Part shown: one piece after another, positions 28,250-48,245 of the stretch
Numbering within the stretch: position 1 is the stretch's first letter
Layout: each line of letters starts with the position of its first letter
Assembly: GCF_009914755.1 (NCBI RefSeq)
Contig: NC_060930.1
Direction: 5' to 3' (one strand)
DNA from: the human T2T-CHM13v2.0 reference genome, Homo sapiens
DNA length: 64,000 nucleotides
The notes under the pieces: generated by a model
Seen by the model: only the letters and a program-made list of their open reading frames with translations
Told to the model about the DNA's origin: nothing
Database searches by the model: none
Position numbers and translations under genes: made by a program

Positions 28250-28437
28250 AGTGCTTTCCAAAGCCTGGGGTCCACAGATTGCCTGCATCCAAGTCTTCTG
28301 AGTTGTTAAAATGCAGACTTCCAGGCACCCATACCTGTCTAATCAAATCAGAGTTTCTGCATATAGATCCCAGGAAAATGCATTTTTTTTTACAATCTCT
28401 GCAGTTGATTCTTTTGCACATGAAAGGTTGAAAACCA
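28250..28437. mobile_element. MER5-type hAT element
   Basis: agtgctttccaaa...ttgttaaaatgcagact...aatcagagtttctg...ggttgaaaacca. Confidence 0.6.
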
Positions 28438-28839
28438 TTAATTTAAGAGAGTAAGAGAGCAAACTAAGGGGTAGATGGATGGTGTTTTATCCAAGTGCTC
28501 CATCAGCTGTGATACTGCAGGGCGGCAGTGCCTTGTTATATCCTTGAGACAGCGCATTTGAAAGATGTTCTGAAAGCATTCTTAATGGTCGAAAGTGCAG
28601 TATCCCTCAAAATTTAGCCATTAAAAAAAGAAGGAATGTTTTCATTGAAACGTACGTATGCCAGCCCTTTAGGTTTGGGCTTTTTAAAGAAAATCACTAA
28701 TCTGATCATGTTTACTTTCTAGTTCCTTTTACATCAGGAAGGGAAGAGATTTGTTTCCTTTTACTGTATTTCTACAAGGAGCATATTATAACTCTGTGCT
28801 GCAAAGAACAATAGTTAATGGACTTTTTTTCTTAACTAG

Positions 28840-29012
28840 GGGGAACGCCTAGTTTGAAAATATTATGGCTGAACCAAGAGCCAGAAATACAGGTTCGGCG
28901 CTTGGACACACTCCTAGCCTGTTTCAATCTTTCCTCCTCAAGAGAAGAGCTGCAGGCTGTCGAAAGCCCATTTCAAGCTTTGTGCTGCCTCTTGATCTAC
29001 CTCTTTGTCCAG
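28840..29012 (+). CDS. FAM120B: FAM120B internal coding exon (probably exon 5), 173 nt, phase 1 to 0; two LxxLL motifs
   Basis: Acceptor ttttcttaactag|GG, donor CAG|gtaatg. Encodes (G)GTPSLKILWLNQEPEIQVRRLDTLLACFNLSSSREELQAVESPFQALCCLLIYLFVQ (ORF 28854..29036). Confidence 0.95.
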
Positions 29013-30395
29013 GTAATGTCCAGCTGCCCGTTCTAGTCACTGCAGCCTGCGCTTACTTTATGAGAGGGAGCATGTGGGATATTGCCATGGCTGGTGTCCC
29101 GGATTGTCTTTTTCCAATGTCTGTTCCATGGAACATTATTAGTCCTTTGAAGTGCTCTAAAAATAAAAAGAAGATTGTATGGCAAAATACGTACAAGAAA
29201 CTCTGTCACTACCTCAGCTTTAGAGATTGTATTAGAGACTTAGGAAATCTTGCAGGTGGTGGAAGCTGCTCTGGCCTTGACTAAACTTTCTCAAACTTTG
29301 TGGACCATAGTGTACCTCCTCTGTCCTCGTGGCATTGTTTAGGTGGTGGTTCTTGTTTCTGGGTTTTAGTGTAAAGGTGAGAAAGGACCTGGCTAGAGAC
29401 CTAGCTTCTCGTAGCTCTTTGCCTCTGGACAGACTACTTCAGCTTTTTCCTATGTCAGTTTCATTCCATCATCCAGCAAATGTTTATTGATTATATGCCT
29501 TCATTTTCTAATCTGAAAATGAAATAATCTTAGTAGCTGCCTCCTAGGGCTGTTGGAGCGATTTCAGGTGTCATAACCTTCATTATTTAGGTCCTCCCAT
29601 CCTGCTGAGCTAGAGATTGTAGTGGTAGATCCTTCATTTAGGCTCACTCGACAAGGTGGACTGTTTCTTTTGCATTAGCTTTATATGTAGTTTATATGTG
29701 AAAATCATAAAAATCAGTTAAAAGATTCACCTTTTTAATAGTTTTCTACATGCACAATAGTGCTTGGACACCTTTAGTAAAAGAAAGGCTGAGAATGCTC
29801 CCATCTCCCAGCCCCTCTTTCTCTGCTTTGCTCCTCCCCACCTCCCTCCCTGGCTCTGTGATTTAAGATGATTTTTGTCCCACTGTTGACAAAGTGTCTA
29901 CTTCTTCAGGCTGTTGAGATGTCTCATAAGCTTTCTTCACTCCTTCAAGCCATCGTCTCAGCTTCTCTGACCTCCCTATATGGTGGGTCTCCATTGGCAT
30001 AGCCTTTCAGTGTTCACTTACCTGGAATAGACAATTATATAATTATTTTTTCAAACCTGAATTTACTTTACAAATTATTGATTGTCTTTAAGAAATGTAC
30101 TCTTATTGTAGAAATACATCTCAAGGGAATCTTGGACTGATTTTTTCTTTCTAAATGTCCTCTTGGGTCTGCCCATTCTATAGCTTGCTCTACCTTTTGC
30201 ATTTTGTAAGATGTGATATGGTTAAGTAGTGCTTAGAGGATTTATTGCTTCATTATTGGTTTCACATGCACCAATGTAAACCTTGGTTTTTGCATTACCA
30301 TTTTGAGTAGATTACTTCTTTATTTGCTCAAGACGTAGCAGATTATAAATTAATGTAGGATGGCAGGAACTATTTAAAATGTAGATGTAAAAAGA

Positions 30396-36428
<6,033 letters not shown>

Positions 36429-37219
36429 ATGTAAAAAGATATTTCTTTTGATATTATATGTTAAATATGCATGTATGCACTATTGGTTAATATTTTCTAT
36501 TTTCTAATAATCTACAGGTGTCTGTAGTTAACGTTGAGTCATAGTGGGACTTGAGAAGTGGTGCATAGCCAGTAAGCTGACTTTTCCCACCCATAAAAAT
36601 ACATGTGTTTTGTTCTTGATACTATGTGTGTGCACAACAATGGGAAGGCCATTGTCAGCCCCCCAGGAGGGACACACCGCCTGCTGTTCCATATGAACGA
36701 TGCTTGCTGATCCTGTGTGTGGTCACGCAGCGCAGTTCTACCTTCCCATCCCTGTGCAGGTGACTGTCAGTTCTTTAAATTCACTTCAAGCAGAAAAAGC
36801 CCAGGACCCCAGAACAGTAACATCACATCCCTGTTTATATAAGCCTGAAGCAAGACAAGCGTCAGGAAGAAAATTTCCACTTTACCTTTTTTCTATTAAT
36901 AAAGACCTTTTAAGTAAAATCTCTGTAGTGCAAGTTGGCATGAGCAGACTTGGTAACTTGTCTTTAAAGGAGAGGTTTAAATTGGAACTTTTAAAAACTA
37001 GAAAACAACAGATTGATAAATCAATTTTGTATTCGCTAGATGAAGAAGGTGCTGTATTATTCCCAGGGATAATAACTCTCAGAATTAATCAGGCTAAAAA
37101 GATACATTTATAAAAATATTACAGTTTTATATATTAAGCCTAAATTCGATGTTTTGATGTGTAATATGGGATAAAATAACATACTGTTCAGTGCATGAAA
37201 ATGACAGAGAAACTAAATA

Positions 37220-37456
37220 CAGTTGTGTCTTGGTATATGTGAGGGATTGGTCCCAGGACCCCCAAGGATGCCAAAATCCATGCATCCTCAAGTCCTGCGG
37301 TCAGCCTGTGGAGCCCACAGATTTGAAAAGCTGGCCCTTTATATTCGGGTTTTACATCCCATGAACATTGTATTTTTCCATCTGCATTTGGTTGAAAAAA
37401 AATCCACATATAAGTGAACCCATGCAATTCAAACCTGTATTGTCAGGGGTCAACTG
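37220..37456. mobile_element. MER2 (Tigger-family MITE)
   Basis: TA-cagttg ... caactg-TA termini; gggattggtcccaggacccc...ccaaaatccatg body. Confidence 0.8.
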
Positions 37457-38624
37457 TACTCTCATTTGGTCTGACCTCCCAGTTAACAACAGCCACAAAT
37501 GATTTTATTAGAGACTCATCTGAGAATATCCTCTGGAAAGGTAAGTTTACATCATAGAAATGCATATATTTTATATTCCTTTTATTCCAAAGTAATACCT
37601 ACTTGGAATAAAAGTGGACTAGGATAGTGACATGGTGAGTAAGAGCATTGGCAGGTCCAAGCAGCAGTCAGCACCCCCACCCTGGTGGAAGCAAATGCCG
37701 CCATCCTCCAGGGGAGCACAGGAGTCTTTCTGATTTATGGTGGGGTTGTTTTTATTGCAAATAGGCATGTTAGCCATTTTTAATATCCAAGAAGAATCAG
37801 TGAAGTTGTTATTCATGGGTCTGCTGTTGGCTTTCTGTTTCTTTTTCCGCGAGCCTTTACTTGCCGCAGAAGGTGCTCTTCTGAGAGAAGCAGCTCTTGC
37901 GGCCTTAGGATGCTGTGGAGTCGTTCAGTCAGCGGGCACGTCCTGCCTTTATCTGGGTAGCTGAACGCGGTGGCTGGGAGAGGAATGTCTCTACCTCCTC
38001 ACAGTGTGGGGCAGGGGAAGGGGTGGCACCGTCTGCTCTTGATGGGGTCTGGACCGTCCGTGTCTTCCCCGCTCTTCACGCCCTCTCCTTATCTCCATCA
38101 TCTACTCCACACCAAGCAGTGTTCAGTCTGTCCTTTGCTGTCTCTTGTTCCTCTGTCCCTCCTTCCTTTTCTCACTTTTGCTGCATCTTGATTCCACAGA
38201 GGATTAGTAGGGTCTCATATTGTGGGTTCTGATTTACTCTCAACTAGGATTCGAGGACACAGGTTTCCTCTAGGTTGCCAAAAGTGGATGATGACCCCAG
38301 CTCAGCCCAGCTGTGGATATTCGCTCTCTGAAAACCCCTGAACTGTTTGCTCTGTGCAATTTGTCCCAAACGTGATCAACTGTCTGGCTCTAAGACCTGG
38401 TCTTGGTTGGCACCTCATGATTATTCCCAGATGTTCTGCGGAGTTTTGCCTTGTTAGAGTCTAACCTGACTAGAAATTCAGGCTCCCCTTCCAGCTGGGC
38501 TGTGAGTTGTGTGCACAACTGGGGACACCATAGAGAGAGCTTCACAGCCAGGAGCCAAGGATGGTGTGAAGAGGCTGTGCTCTTTCCACCTGCATACTGT
38601 CTGCTGCCTGAGGTCTGATGCACC

Positions 38625-38830
38625 ATGTGTGTGCCTGTGCATGTGCCTGTTTGTGCACCTGTGCGTGTGCCTGTGTGTACACCTGTGTGTGTACATGTGT
38701 GCCCATGTGTGTGTGCATGCCTGTGCGTGTACCCATGTGTGTGCACCTCTGTGTGCTTGTGTGCACATGTGGGTGCCTGTGCGTGTGCCTGTACGTGCCT
38801 GTGTGTGCATGTTTGCGCCTATACACACAC
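38625..38830 (+). repeat. Degenerate (TG)-rich repeat (gtgtgcct/gtgtgcat/gtgtac)
   Basis: About 200 bp of mostly alternating purine-pyrimidine sequence ending about 85 nt upstream of the 38915 acceptor. Confidence 0.9.
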
Positions 38831-38914
38831 TCATAGTTAATAACTGAGATCAATTTGTAAGAAATGTTTAATTTTTCCTGTAGCCTAACACTGGCCTTTC
38901 TCTGTCCTTTTCAG

Positions 38915-39007
38915 GTGGACACGCTTTGCCTGGAGGATTTGCATGCGTTTATTGCGCAGGCCTTGTGCCTCCAAGGAAAATCCACCTCGCAGCTTGTAAA
39001 TCTACAG
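38915..39007 (+). CDS. FAM120B: FAM120B internal coding exon (probably exon 6), 93 nt, phase 0 to 0
   Basis: Branch-like cctaac, tract ctttctctgtccttttcag|GTG, donor CAG|gtacag. Encodes VDTLCLEDLHAFIAQALCLQGKSTSQLVNLQ. Too short to appear in the ORF track. Confidence 0.93.
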
Positions 39008-39807
39008 GTACAGACGTGACCAGTTAGTTGTCACTGCCCGGAAGACAGCTGTGCAGTCCAGCCTTCTCTTTCCCATTATAGTTGAAGTTTCACAGAAAAG
39101 ATCAGGAAGGTATTTTAGTCAGGATCTTTTCGTGATGCAGTAGTTTGTCTTCGTCTCTTTAATGGCTCTGGGATGAGCAGCCAGATGAGGTACTAATAGG
39201 TGCTGCCTCAGTTCCAGTTTTGTGAAACTTGTAGTTCTCAATACTGCCTTTATAGGCTAGTGATTTGAAGAGAATAGGTTATGTGGTTCTCTATAAACCT
39301 TATTAATTTCTGGTGTTAGCAGTTTTGGCCCTCCCTTGGCCTGCCTCCCAGATGGCTGCTGGCTGAAGGGTGGGGCCGCCTGGCACCTTCCTGGATCCCT
39401 CCTGGCGCGTTGGCTGTGGCAAGCGTTCAGTAAAGAACTTCATATGAGGGAGAGGGTACACCTCAGCTGGGAGATCCGCAGCCTCTATTGTTTGTATTCA
39501 GACATGCCCTCCGGGAGTGCTTATTTCTTTAATTTCACAAAATGGCCCAATCACAGCTAAGTTCCACAGCTCTCCTCTGTGGCTGCACACTTGTGGACCT
39601 GGGTACTGGGTGTTGTTTCCTGTTAGAATATCCCAAGGTCAAGTCACCTGTGGATGGAATCTTAAAATTCTGCTTTATCAATGCCATCTGATCGTGGTTA
39701 TTGGTTTATCCATAGCTGTAGTTTAGTTGCATTCGTTTTACTTGTTTTTCTAATGGAAAAAACTAAGTTTCATTTATAAATGGCTTTTACTCAAACCTCA
39801 CAACTTA

Positions 39808-40474
<667 letters not shown>

Positions 40475-41872
40475 TAGCAGTCCAACTAATGAACAATGCC
40501 AGATTTTTTTTTGTATTAGAAATTTCATAGCATCAGTATCCAAAAAGTGGCCTTTTTTTCCTCCATTAAGCAAAAACAGAATTTTAAAATGTTAATTTTA
40601 AGTTATCAGTAGGTTAATGTGCATTCTTCACGCCGAGCGGCAGCCCTGGCCTCCCTCCTGGGCCCTGGTTGTGGCTGCCATTGGCTGTGGGTGTTTGTAG
40701 CAGCTGCTGAGCCATTTCCATTATAGTCTGGGGGCCTCACCTGCTCCCCTCTTCCCTGTCAGAAGAATTAAACAACAAGACAGAAGTATTACAGAAAGGA
40801 ACCCTGGGTCCTGTTCTCTGGTCCTAGGCCATGTGGGCAACATAGCACTGGAGTCTGAGAGTCACACAGATGAGGGAGCTGGGTCTACCCTTCACCAGCT
40901 ATGGGGTCTTGAGCAGGTTCTTAAGGACATACGGCAAGTAACCAAACTTCTGTGTGCCTCAGTGTCCTCTCATTTGTAAAATGAAGAAACCAAGATTTAA
41001 ATGCAGCAGAAGGTGTACTGTTCTTCGTAGGCATTTAGTGCATTCGATCTTCGTTTCCACACCCCGTGGATGTGCACACCCTTGCCATGTTGTAATTGGC
41101 AAGGCTAAAGTAGAGCCAGGCTTTTGACACCCTGTCCGGGGTTCTGGCCATGCTGCCACTTTCCATGAGAAAGACATGATTAAATAAAGATGCTGTAGAA
41201 AAAGGTTGGTTTTAAAAGCACTCCCATAAGTACGCAGCCATCACACAGAGGCCACTTCCCCTCAGCCATCCACTCAGCAGCACTGGCGTATACAAACGTA
41301 GCAGAGACTTGTCCCATGCTTCTAGTTCTGTTCTGTTAGAAGTGGGACCTGTGCCAATTATTATTAATCATTGGTTCCTTCTGAGAATTGTGACTGGGCA
41401 GCTTGTGATCCCTGAGGTCACTTAGGAAAATGCTTCCACAAGGAGGGCGTTTTTTCTAACAAACCATGGCACTAAGAACAGAAAGTGAGTTTCGTTCATC
41501 TCCCCACCAGCCAAGGACTGGCTTGAAATCCTAGGTAGGGCAGAGTCACCACTCAGCAGCCCTGCTGGCTCCCTCCTGTGAAAGGTGGAGATGTGGTTTG
41601 GGGAAGGAGTTGGGTCCAGGTGCAGCCTCCCCACAGCCTGACTCTGTTCTGACTGCTTCACGTTGCAGTCGTATTGCATTGGGAGTTCGCAGTGGCTTTC
41701 TCAATAATGAGCTAATTGAGCCACAGAGGTGTGTGCCCTGGTGTCACCAGCCACTGTTGGGTAGGTGGCTCTTCTGGCAGTGGGTAAGTCACTGTTGCTC
41801 ATAGTGAATTTTAAAACACCCTATTAGTTCTTTGCCCAACATTACTTTCCTACTCAAATATAGCCTTAAAAC

Positions 41873-41885
41873 TATATATATATAC

Positions 41886-41927
<42 letters not shown>

Positions 41928-41956
41928 GTATATATATATATACGTGTATATATATA
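41873..41956. repeat. Interrupted (TA)n microsatellite, palindromic
   Basis: (TA)6 CGTG (TA)18 CACG (TA)7 CGTG (TA)5. Confidence 0.95.
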
Positions 41957-42482
41957 GTTACATACATATTAAAAATTTAGGTGACTGGATTATATGTGTA
42001 AAGGTGCATAGTACATATTTATGTATATACACATTCATTTACCTACATAGAAATACATAAGAATACAAGAACCCTTAACCTGCAATAATGTTATAAGTAA
42101 AGGAAAGAAGAAAGAAGGAAAGCAGTATTACTTACAGTTTAAGAAAACCAAAACATGACTTTTAAAAGTAAAGGACAAAGGATAGTTGTGCACGTGACGG
42201 GAGGCTGCTGTTTTCTGGATACCAAGGACAGGCCTGTGAGCAGAAATGATGGCAGTTGTTTTCCCTTTGTAGTTAGGTCTCTGAGTGCCAGTTATGTGTT
42301 TGCCAGTTTTCCTATTCATGTCTGTAACTTTCAGTGTGAGCTTCTAGTGTATGGTTCTAGAGAACATACCTGCTCGACTGAACTTTGAATAGGACATGTG
42401 ATCCTTCATACATAGTGTGTACAACCCTTGTGATCATACATACACATACGTATAGATGTATGTAGGATTTAAGTTAGAATCT

Positions 42483-42781
42483 TTCTTTTTTAATTTTTTG
42501 AGACAGAGCCTCGCTCTGTTGCCCAGGCTGGAGTGCAGTGACGTGATCTCAGCTCACTGCAACCTCCACCTCCTGGGTTCAACTGATTCTCATGCCTCAG
42601 CCTTCTGAGTAGTTGGGATTCCAGGCACACACCACCACACCCGGCTAATTTTTGTATTTTTGGTAGAGACAGGGTTTCACCATGTTGGCCAGGCTGGTCT
42701 TGAACTCCTGACCTCAAGTGATCTACTCACCTCAGCCTCTGAAAGTGCTAGGATTATAGGTGTGAGCCACCACATCTGACC
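42483..42781 (-). mobile_element. Alu (AluS-type)
   Basis: Reverse Alu; TSD approximately agaatct. Confidence 0.92.
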
Positions 42782-43156
42782 AGAATCTCTTTATAGTACA
42801 GAAGTAAAGTAAATTAAGCAATAGGCTGAATTATATTATGGACCAGTAAATTGTGAGGTCTCCCTCTTCAAACAACTTGAAGGGGGGAGGTAGAGACAGG
42901 GCAGAAGAGGACATGAACTCTGGCACCCTCAGTACCCTGCTTATTGATGTGACAGGAGGAATGTTTCTGTGGACATTCAAGGTTATGGATCACTCTCCTG
43001 TTGCCATCCAGCTCTCCACAGCTGGTGCCCTTGTGGGCCTGGAGTCCAGCATCCTGGTTCAGGCTTCTGTCTGCAGTCAGTGGGCATACCATGTACTGTC
43101 TAGGAATGTGGAAAGAGGTATAATTGTCTACCTGCCACTCTCCCAGTGTTCTGTAA

Positions 43157-43672
<516 letters not shown>

Positions 43673-44454
43673 TGATGATTTTATAAATGAGCTCTTGCTC
43701 TCTTTTTGGAGAAAAAGCCGAGAAATTCCTCTGCCTTTCTTTGCCCCATCAGTTTATCTTTGCCGTGTCAGGGCTCTGAAAGCCACAAAACCATCACCCC
43801 TCCTCCTGCTGGCTTTGTCTCCAGCCCGCTCTCCAGGTGGAGGCTCTGACTGTTAGGGAATTCTGGCTCCGTCTCTTACACACTGAGAACTCCATGAGCT
43901 GGTACCTTAGCCACTTTTTCTAGTGCCTCATAGCTAATCATTGGGAAGTTCTTGGTCATTTTTTGGTTGGAAAATTAAAAGGAAAAGATGTGAGTTGATG
44001 AAAGATAAAATTTTACTATAAAATTCAAGCCATCTTCTTAAGATTCCCCTGCATGTGGCTGCCTCGTACCCACCGCTGTCCCTGGTGTGCATGGCGAGTG
44101 CAGCAAGTCACACCTGTGTCAGCAGCATCGTCCTCTGCCTTGTACAGCACAGCTTGGCCTGGGGCCTGCTGGGGCGCTCAGAAAACAGCAAGCTGTGTGT
44201 GCTGTGTTTGTTAACATAGAGTGTGATGACTGATCATTGTCTATGCCAGTAGCAGCTTTTAGTGAAAATACAGGTCCCAGGCAAGGCCTGAAGCCCCAGT
44301 TTTTACTTTATTTTGATTACAGGATCATAACAATAAAGTAATTCTGGATCTCCATTTCCTTGGTAATCACTGTGCTGTGATAGTGTGTGCACCAGCGAAA
44401 CATGGCATTCCTACAGTGAGATTATATCAAGAAAGCACTTATTAAACATCATGT

Positions 44455-44720
44455 TTTATTTTGTTTTTTTTAGACAGAGTCTCACCCTGTCACCCAGGCT
44501 AGAGTGCAGTGGCGCGAACTCAGCTCACTGCAACCTCAGCCTCCCGAGTAGCTGGGATTACGGGCATGCACCACCACACCCAGCTAATTTTTGTATTTTC
44601 AATAGAGATGGGGTTTTACCATGTTGGCCAGACTGGTCTGGAACTCCTGACCTTCAGTGATGGGCCTGCATCAGCCTCCCACAGTGCTGGGATTACAGTC
44701 ATGAGCAGCCACGCCCAGCC
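44455..44720 (-). mobile_element. Alu with internal deletion
   Basis: Reverse Alu lacking about 30 bp after gcaacctc. Confidence 0.9.
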
Positions 44721-47700
44721 AAAACATAATTTTTTAAAAATGTGTTTTGTTTTTTTGGGATGTGGCTATGTGCTGGTGATTTGTGCTGCATTTCCCCTTG
44801 TTCAGTCACTGAGAGAGATGCCTGCCCCTTCCATTGCATGAAGTCACTGAAGCAAAGGCTGAAAAATGCCCAACTTCCATATCCAGGGGCCCTGAGTCTC
44901 CTCCACCTTCTCCGACCTCTTCTCCTTTGAGCCTGCGATGTCCCTTTTATTTATCTTTGTTCAGCAGCACCTTTCACACTGTGGGCCTTGTTCTGAATCC
45001 ACATGCCAAGTCACTATCCCAGAGTCCTGGCTAGGTTGGTCTGGTGTGTGTTCTGAGGGGGACTCGTGGGTGAGAAGCCAGAGTGTCCCACTTAGGGTTT
45101 TCAGTTTCCCTTCTCTCCTAGACTAATGCCCCTTTGAGGAAAGGGACAGTGTTCTTGCTCCTCTTTATTTTCCAGCACCCAGCATCCTGCCAACATTGAT
45201 TAACTTCATTAAATGGATACCTGCAATTTAAAAGTATACATGAGCATTTGCTGAGACAGGCAGAGTCTGTCTGGTTCAGCAAAGTGTTTGTGCAAATACA
45301 AAGCAGGTGTCTAGACAAAGCCCCATCTTTGCAGAGCTCCCTCTGACACCTCTCTCTGGGGTTCTCTACAATTCTAGTCTCAAGAGCTGATGGGGGCACT
45401 TGGGACAGGGATGCCTGGGGGCCCTTCAGAGGCTGGTGCTGCTGAAACACAGATGCTGGCATGCCTTTCTTTCCTCCCCAAGATCATCCTCTTCAGATAA
45501 CTGTGGTGGCGTTTTCATTTCTCACCCCTCTGTTACCTGGAAATGCTATGAGCTTGTAGATTGCAGTGGTGAGTGAGACCTACAGTTGGTGAAGCTAAAA
45601 GCCCTTTCGTACATGTTCATATAGATGACCATGGGATGATTTTCTGATTCACTGGATTGACTTCTGGGTTGAAAAGCAAAGCTAGGGCTCTGGAGTTTAC
45701 AACATCAGAATGAGAGGAGGAGAGGATGGGGCAGAGTGCAGAAAAGGGCGTGGTGTGCCTGGGGCACGTACTCCTGCCGAAACCCCCAGTCAGGCTGAGC
45801 CCTAGGCCATCTCCTGTCTCCTACAGCTCCCTCCTGGCACTTTACCCACATGGAATTGAATACGTATTTGTGTGTGTGTGAAGGTGGTCAGACTTTGAGC
45901 CCACTTGGATTTTCTGAGACCAAAATGTCATAAACCAAGGCTAATGAGAGGCTTATGTCTGAACATGGAGGACGAGGATTCATGCTGGCTGTGGGGATTT
46001 CTCAAGACGGTGGCAGAAAAGAGTCTAGGTTCATCTGCTGCTTGGTCTGCAGGGTTCCTTCTCGCCTTACTAGGGATGACAGCTGTGGTCTATGTCATGC
46101 ATTCTTGGCTGTTTGAAACTAAAGTTGTGTCTTGGACTTCACCCTTTGGTTTTGCCCCTTGTTCTCAAATAATGTCCACCTGAAGAAAGAGGTTGCAGAC
46201 AGTGCTTTTGATGATAGCAGATGCTGAAGCATGAACCCATGGAGGAAAGAATTGCCCAGGAAAAAAGCCCAGATGTTTTCTGTTCGTGAACTAGATGTGT
46301 CCTCCTGAGGGAATTCAAATCAAAGAGTTGGCAAAACTGGGTGGTGGCAGTGGTAGAGAGGCATGAGCACGGGCCTCCTGACACACACACACACCCCTCC
46401 CTCCCCCCCCTCCCCCCTGCCAGGCTGCCTGGAGCAGGGCTCGGCCCCTGACACCCCGCCTCCCCCACAGGCTGCCTGGAGCAGGGCTCTGCTGGAATCA
46501 CGGAAGGAACACACACCCTTTTTGAGACTATCAGAATTGCAAAGCCTGGCCAGTTGGTGCAAGTGTTTATCCGCCTGCCATCACCATCGGGTGGGGTGGT
46601 CTGTGACAGGCTCAGCAGGTGTTGGTAAAAGGACCCTTGGCCAGAAATGCAAAGGGGACAGAGCAGGAACTCCTCACAATCATAACAGCAGTGAGCTGTT
46701 TCTTGTTCTCTGTGGGAAAATGCTTGGAGCCTAAGTCTTGTACGAAAAAATAGATAAATAAGCAAAATGTAGACTCAGTGGCATTCTGTCATTCAGTGGC
46801 ATGTTGCACATCCAGACTCTCAAGATATAATACAAGTTTCTCTGCAGCTGTTGGGAGGTGGCACTAAATCGTTGTTCTTGGGAGTTAGATTCTGCTGCCT
46901 GAAAGCTGAAAGGGAAGCAAAGGCCTCCCCAGTTATCCTGGTGAGACGAGAGCTTGGTGTGTGGGGAGCTGAGAGCTGGGACTCATGGGTGGGGGAAGCG
47001 GTTAGGTTCTGGCCAGTTGCCTTGGCAGAGCCTTGCTGGCTCCTAGGAAAGAGTAGGAGTCTCTCCATTGCATCTGGGAAGTGGGGGTGGCCGGGAAGGG
47101 GAATGGCAAGTGGGGAGGGGCAGGCAGCTGAGTCTATTTGGCTGGACCTGTGCTCTGAGGGGCAGGTGCCAGGGCATGAGGGAGAGTGGCGTGTGAGCGC
47201 ACCTGAGTGGGGTTCCCCTGGTGGCCTACACCCGTCAGGGGCCCATGTCACCCACAGGAGGGGAAGCTTCACTTGGGAGGTGAGGGGTGGAGTGGAGAGA
47301 GCTCAGGGCCAGCATGGTCTCTGGTGTGGGGTGAATGGGGGTTGAGAGGAGCCAGCGAAGGCTTAGAGGGTGAAAGACTAGGTGAGGCGTAGCCAGGGAC
47401 AGCAGGCTGTTGAGAAGAACATTGTGACATTATCCAACAAATGAGTACTTTGTCGGCATGAGTACACAAAGTGAACAGTGTTCTGGGCCTTGATCTTCCC
47501 CTAGTCCTGTTGATTATGGCCTCAGGTCAGGACACACACACTCACCGCCCTGCCCAGCCTCGGATAAGCTCATGTTATTTTTTAGATTTTTTTTTTCTCT
47601 TTCTTGTTGCCAAATTCATATTCAGGACTTTGATGAGAGAAGAATGAGGTAGAACATGCTCATTGCATCTGAGCCCACACTGCTTTGATCCTTTTCTTCT

Positions 47701-47932
47701 CACCAGAAACAGTTCATTAACCTAGAATAAGTCACTTTTAAGCTTGTTTTAAATTGTGACAATTCTGATTTAAACAAATTTTTCTTTTTAGGTTAGCTAT
47801 AAAACTCACCAGTAGAAGTTGAAAATAAAAATAATTCTATGCCATTGAATCTCCAAATGATATTTTTATTTTGCTACAAATTAATGAAACTTTAAATGAT
47901 AATGATACTCTCACTTTGTCAAAAGCTTCAAC

Positions 47933-48245
47933 CAGGGGTTACCAGACTATCGCCCATAGGCCACATTCCGCCACCAGCATGTAGTGAAGCCTGTGAGCTA
48001 AGAATGGTGTTTGTTTCTAAATGGTTAGGGAAAAAGTCAAAAGAATAATATTCCATGATGTGAAAATTACATGAAACGCAAATTTCTATGTCCGAAATGG
48101 TTTTCTTGGCACATAGCCATGCTCAGTCATTTGCAGCTGCCTTTGCCCTGCAACAGCAGAGTTGAACGGCTGCGAGAGACATCATATGGCCCACAAAGCC
48201 AAAAGTGTTTCCATCTGGCTCTTTCCAGAAGAGCGTGCTGACCCT
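47933..48245. mobile_element. MER58/MER20-like hAT element
   Basis: caggggttaccagactat...tggcccacaaagccaaaagtgttt...ctggctctttccagaa. Confidence 0.6.

Noticed and set aside
38390-38853. His/Thr- or Cys/Val-rich ORFs
   Set aside because: Translations of the (TG)/(CA) repeat.
46139-47345. Long ORFs (208, 164, 150 aa) as a nested gene
   Set aside because: Overlapping on both strands in GC-rich low-complexity DNA, no recognisable domain, mostly non-ATG starts.
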